Shown one piece after another: positions 60,740 through 64,000 of a stretch of DNA of 64,000 nucleotides. The stretch lies in assembly GCF_009914755.1 (NCBI RefSeq), contig NC_060935.1. One strand, written 5' to 3'. A program made the position numbers and the translations under genes. Positions within the stretch are counted from its first letter, which is position 1; each line of letters begins with the position of its first letter. The notes beneath the pieces are model-generated. The model was not told where the DNA came from. It saw nothing but the letters and a program-made list of their open reading frames with translations, and did no database searches. Origin of the DNA: the human T2T-CHM13v2.0 reference genome, Homo sapiens.

Positions 60740-63560
60740 TTTTGATATCTTTTTATTACCAATTTTAAATTTCATTCCACTGTGGGGAGAAAACATACTC
60801 TATATGATTTCAGTCCTTTGATATACATTAAGACTTGTTTTATTGCCCAGAATATGAGCTATGAGCTATGTTAGTGAATGTTCCCTGTGCCCCTGAAAGA
60901 AGTGTGTGTTCTCGTCAATTTCAATAGCATGTCCTATAAATGCCACTTAGGTGAAGTTGGTTGATAGCATTGTTTAAATCTTGTACACTATTTTTTCCTA
61001 GTTTTTATTGATTTTTGTTAATGATTTAGTGAAGTTTCAGTTTCTCAACTACAGTGTAAATTTATATGTTTCTCTCTTTGGTTTTCTCAGATCTTGCTTT
61101 ATGTATTTTGAAGCTGTGTTGTTCGATGTATACAATTTTAGGATTGTTATGGTTTCCTCATGACAATCCTTATAACAATTTCTGAAGAAATAACCCCTTA
61201 TGCCTCTGATAATACTCCTTGCCTTGATGTCGACTATATCAATATAGTAATACTAGCTTTCCTGTGTTTATCATTTGCTTATGTCTTTTTCCATTATTTC
61301 ATTTTTGACCTGTCTTTATATTTAAAGTACATCTCTTATAAAGAACACATAATTGATTCTCATTCTTATATCCAGGCTGACAACCTTTCCCCATTAATAT
61401 GAGTAGTTAGACCAACTGAATTTAATGTAGTTATTAATATGGTTGATTTTAAATCTACCATCTTTCTAGTTGTTTCCATTTACCCTATCTGTTCTTTTTA
61501 CTTTTTTCTCCTTTCCTTTATTTTAAATTAATTGAATTTTATTAGTATTCTATTTTGTCTTTGTGCATTTTTTTTAGCTATAAAACTTTGTTTTAGTTTC
61601 TCTGGTTGCTGTAGGTATTATAGTGTGTATTGTTAACTTTTCACGATACACCTTGAATTAATATTATACCACTTCACATGTATTGTAAGACCTTTACAAC
61701 AATTATGCTTTTTTTTTTTTTTTGACAGAGTCTCACTCTGTCACCCAGGCTGGAGTGCAGTGGCACGATCTCAGCTCACTTGCAACCTCTGCTTCCCAGG
61801 TTCAAGCAATTCTGGTGCCTCAGCCTCCCAAGTGGTTGGGATTACAGGAGTGTGCCACCACGCCTGGCTATTAACAATATACTTCTATTTATTCATTCAC
61901 CTTGCCCTTTGTGCCATTATATAATACATTTTATTTCTGTGTATGTTATAAACCCATAATATACTGTGATTATTTTTGCTTCATATCAGAGATACCATCA
62001 ATTATCTTGTTCTTGTTTGGGTAATTTCCGTTGAGCTGATTTCAAGTTCATGACATTTTCTTCTACACTGTTAAATCTGTTTTTAGGACCATCCAGTGAA
62101 TTTTTGATCTTGTCATTTCAGACATTGTACTTTTCAGATCTGGGAATTTCCATTTACTTCTTTTTTAGTTTTCATATATCTGCTGTGATTCTTCATCTCT
62201 GTATTCATTATGTGCATTTTCTTCTTTAAGGCCTGGAGCATATTTATAATACAGTTGACCCTTGAACAACTCAGGTTTTATCTGTGCAGGTCCATTTATA
62301 AGTGGATTTTTAAAAATAAAAGTTACAGCAAGTGCACCTGCCTCTCCTGCTCCCCCTTCTACCTCGTCCACTACTTCTACTTCTGTCACCCTTGAGAGAG
62401 CAAGACCAACTCTTCCTCTTCCTCTTCCTCCTTCTCCTCAGCTTACTCAACATGAAGACAATGACGATGAAGACCTCTATGATGATCCACTTCCACTTAA
62501 TGAATAATCAACATATTTTTTCTTCCTCATGCTTGCCTGCCTGCTTACCTCTCTCCCTCCCTCCCTCCTTCTCTCTTTCTCTTTCTCTCTCTTTCTTTCT
62601 TTTGAGATGGAGTCTCACTCTGTCCCCCAGGCTGGAGTGCAGTGGCCCTATCATAGTTCACTGCAGCCTCAAACTCCTGCACTCAAGCTATCCTCCCATC
62701 TCAGCCTCCTGACTACAGGTGTGTGCCACCACACCCGACTAATTTCTAAATTTTTTATAGAGATAGGGTCTTGTTATGTTGACCAGGCTGCCTTATGGTT
62801 TTCTTAATAACATTTTCTTTTCTCTAGCTTACTTTATTGTAAGAATACAGTGTATAACACGTAAAACTTACAAAATATGTGTTAATCAACTATTTGTTAT
62901 TGGTAAGCTTCTGGTCAACAACAGGCAGTTAAGTTTTGAGGGATTCAAAAGTTAAACATGGATTTTTGACTGTATGGGGTGTTGGCACCTCTAACGCTCA
63001 CGTTGTTTTAAAGTCTGCTAAATCATCTGTGTCATCTCTGCGTTTGTTTCTATTAATTACTTTTTCTCTTCTGAGTATGGGTCACATTTTTTCTGCCTCT
63101 TTGAATGTCTAGTAATTTTTCTACTGTACGTTAGACATTGCAAATGCTATGTTGTTTTAGTCTGGATTTTATTGTCTTCCTTTAAAGAATCTTGAGAATT
63201 TTTCTCCCCTTAACAGGCTGTTAATTTATTGGTGAAACAGTTTGATTGAAGATTATTTTCATTCCTTGTTATTGTGGGCCTAGAAGAGCCCTTGTTCTAG
63301 AGCTGCAATGGCAAGAATGCTGCTTTAGGTTGGGTTTGGCTGCCTTGTGCCTCAGTTTAGAAATTTCCCTCAAGTATAAAGCCAGAATGAAGGCGGGGCT
63401 TATTCCCATATGTCTTTCCCCATGAAGGAAAACAGCCCTGTATTTTCTGTTGTCTGATGCCTTCAAAAGTTATTTTAAATATTGCACCCAGTTGAATAGT
63501 TGTTTATGATGAAAGGGTGATCTTAATACTCAGTACAATATGGTTGGAACCAAAATTACT
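60740..63560 (-). mobile_element. Old L1M fragments with an Alu right arm (61709-61870)
   Basis: AT-rich L1-like text, e.g. ttcattccactgtggggagaaaacatactc. Confidence 0.6.
62252..63018. mobile_element. Tigger2a/MER28-like DNA transposon interrupted by an Alu fragment (about 62530-62790)
   Basis: ta|cagttgacccttgaacaac end; gatgaagacctctatgatgatccacttccacttaatgaata. Confidence 0.75.
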
Positions 63561-63574
63561 TTGCTTCACATAGT

Positions 63575-64000
63575 TTTTTTTTTAGCTTTTTATTTTGAAA
63601 TAATTTTCAACTGAAAGAAAAGTGGCAGTAAATAGTCCCAAGACTTCCTTACCCAGCTTCCTTTAATGTTAGTATCTCAAGCAGCCAAATATAATTGTCG
63701 AAACTAAGAAATTAACATGGGTTCAACACTATCAACTAAACTACAGACCTGATTCAGGTTTCATAAATTTCATCGCTATGTCCTTTTCCCGTTCCAGGAT
63801 CCAGTCCAGGACATCATATTGTATTTACTTGTCATATCCTCCTAGCCTCCTCAGTCTGAGACACTTCCTCAGCCTTGTCTTATCTTTCGTGACTTTGACG
63901 CTTTTGAAGAGTGATGGTAAGTTATTTAGCAGAATTTTCCTCAATTTGGGTTTATCTGATGTTATCTCATGATAAGGTGGAGGTTATGCATTTTTGCAAG
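63575..64000 (-). mobile_element. L1MC4-like 3' end
   Basis: tattttgaaataattt..., aaactaagaaattaacat, ttccaggatccagtccaggac. Confidence 0.7.

Overview
Primate (human-like) euchromatic genomic DNA containing one complete protein-coding gene, FGF3 (int-2), on the minus strand. Its three coding exons are 23841-23622, 21331-21228 and 15622-15227 (220+104+396 = 720 nt, 239 aa plus stop), with canonical GT/AG junctions. A CpG island covers the promoter, exon 1 and part of intron 1, and a probable ATTAAA poly(A) signal lies at 14903-14908. This matches the human 11q13.3 FGF3 locus as I recall it. The rest is intergenic or intronic: about 28 Alu copies or fragments, MaLR/ERVL/MER21-type LTRs, old L1, L2/MIR, Tigger/Charlie MITEs and several large simple-repeat arrays. 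The sequence becomes AT-rich and L1-dense after about 57.4 kb. Nearly all other ORFs in the track are Alu, low-complexity or GC-rich shadow ORFs. I see no evidence of a new multi-gene system. The best leads are regulatory or structural: (1) an out-of-frame uORF overlapping the FGF3 start, plus in-frame upstream CUGs; (2) three TCF/LEF sites within 70 bp at 48.2 kb; (3) an MLT2A solo LTR with a DUX4-like site facing FGF3, plus a convergent plus-strand AATAAA; (4) recurrent CTAATTGG homeodomain sites upstream; (5) higher-order structure in the triplet and tetramer repeats; (6) several unusual Alu rearrangements. Repeat subfamily names come from recalled consensus features, not from a run of RepeatMasker, and boundaries of old repeats are approximate.
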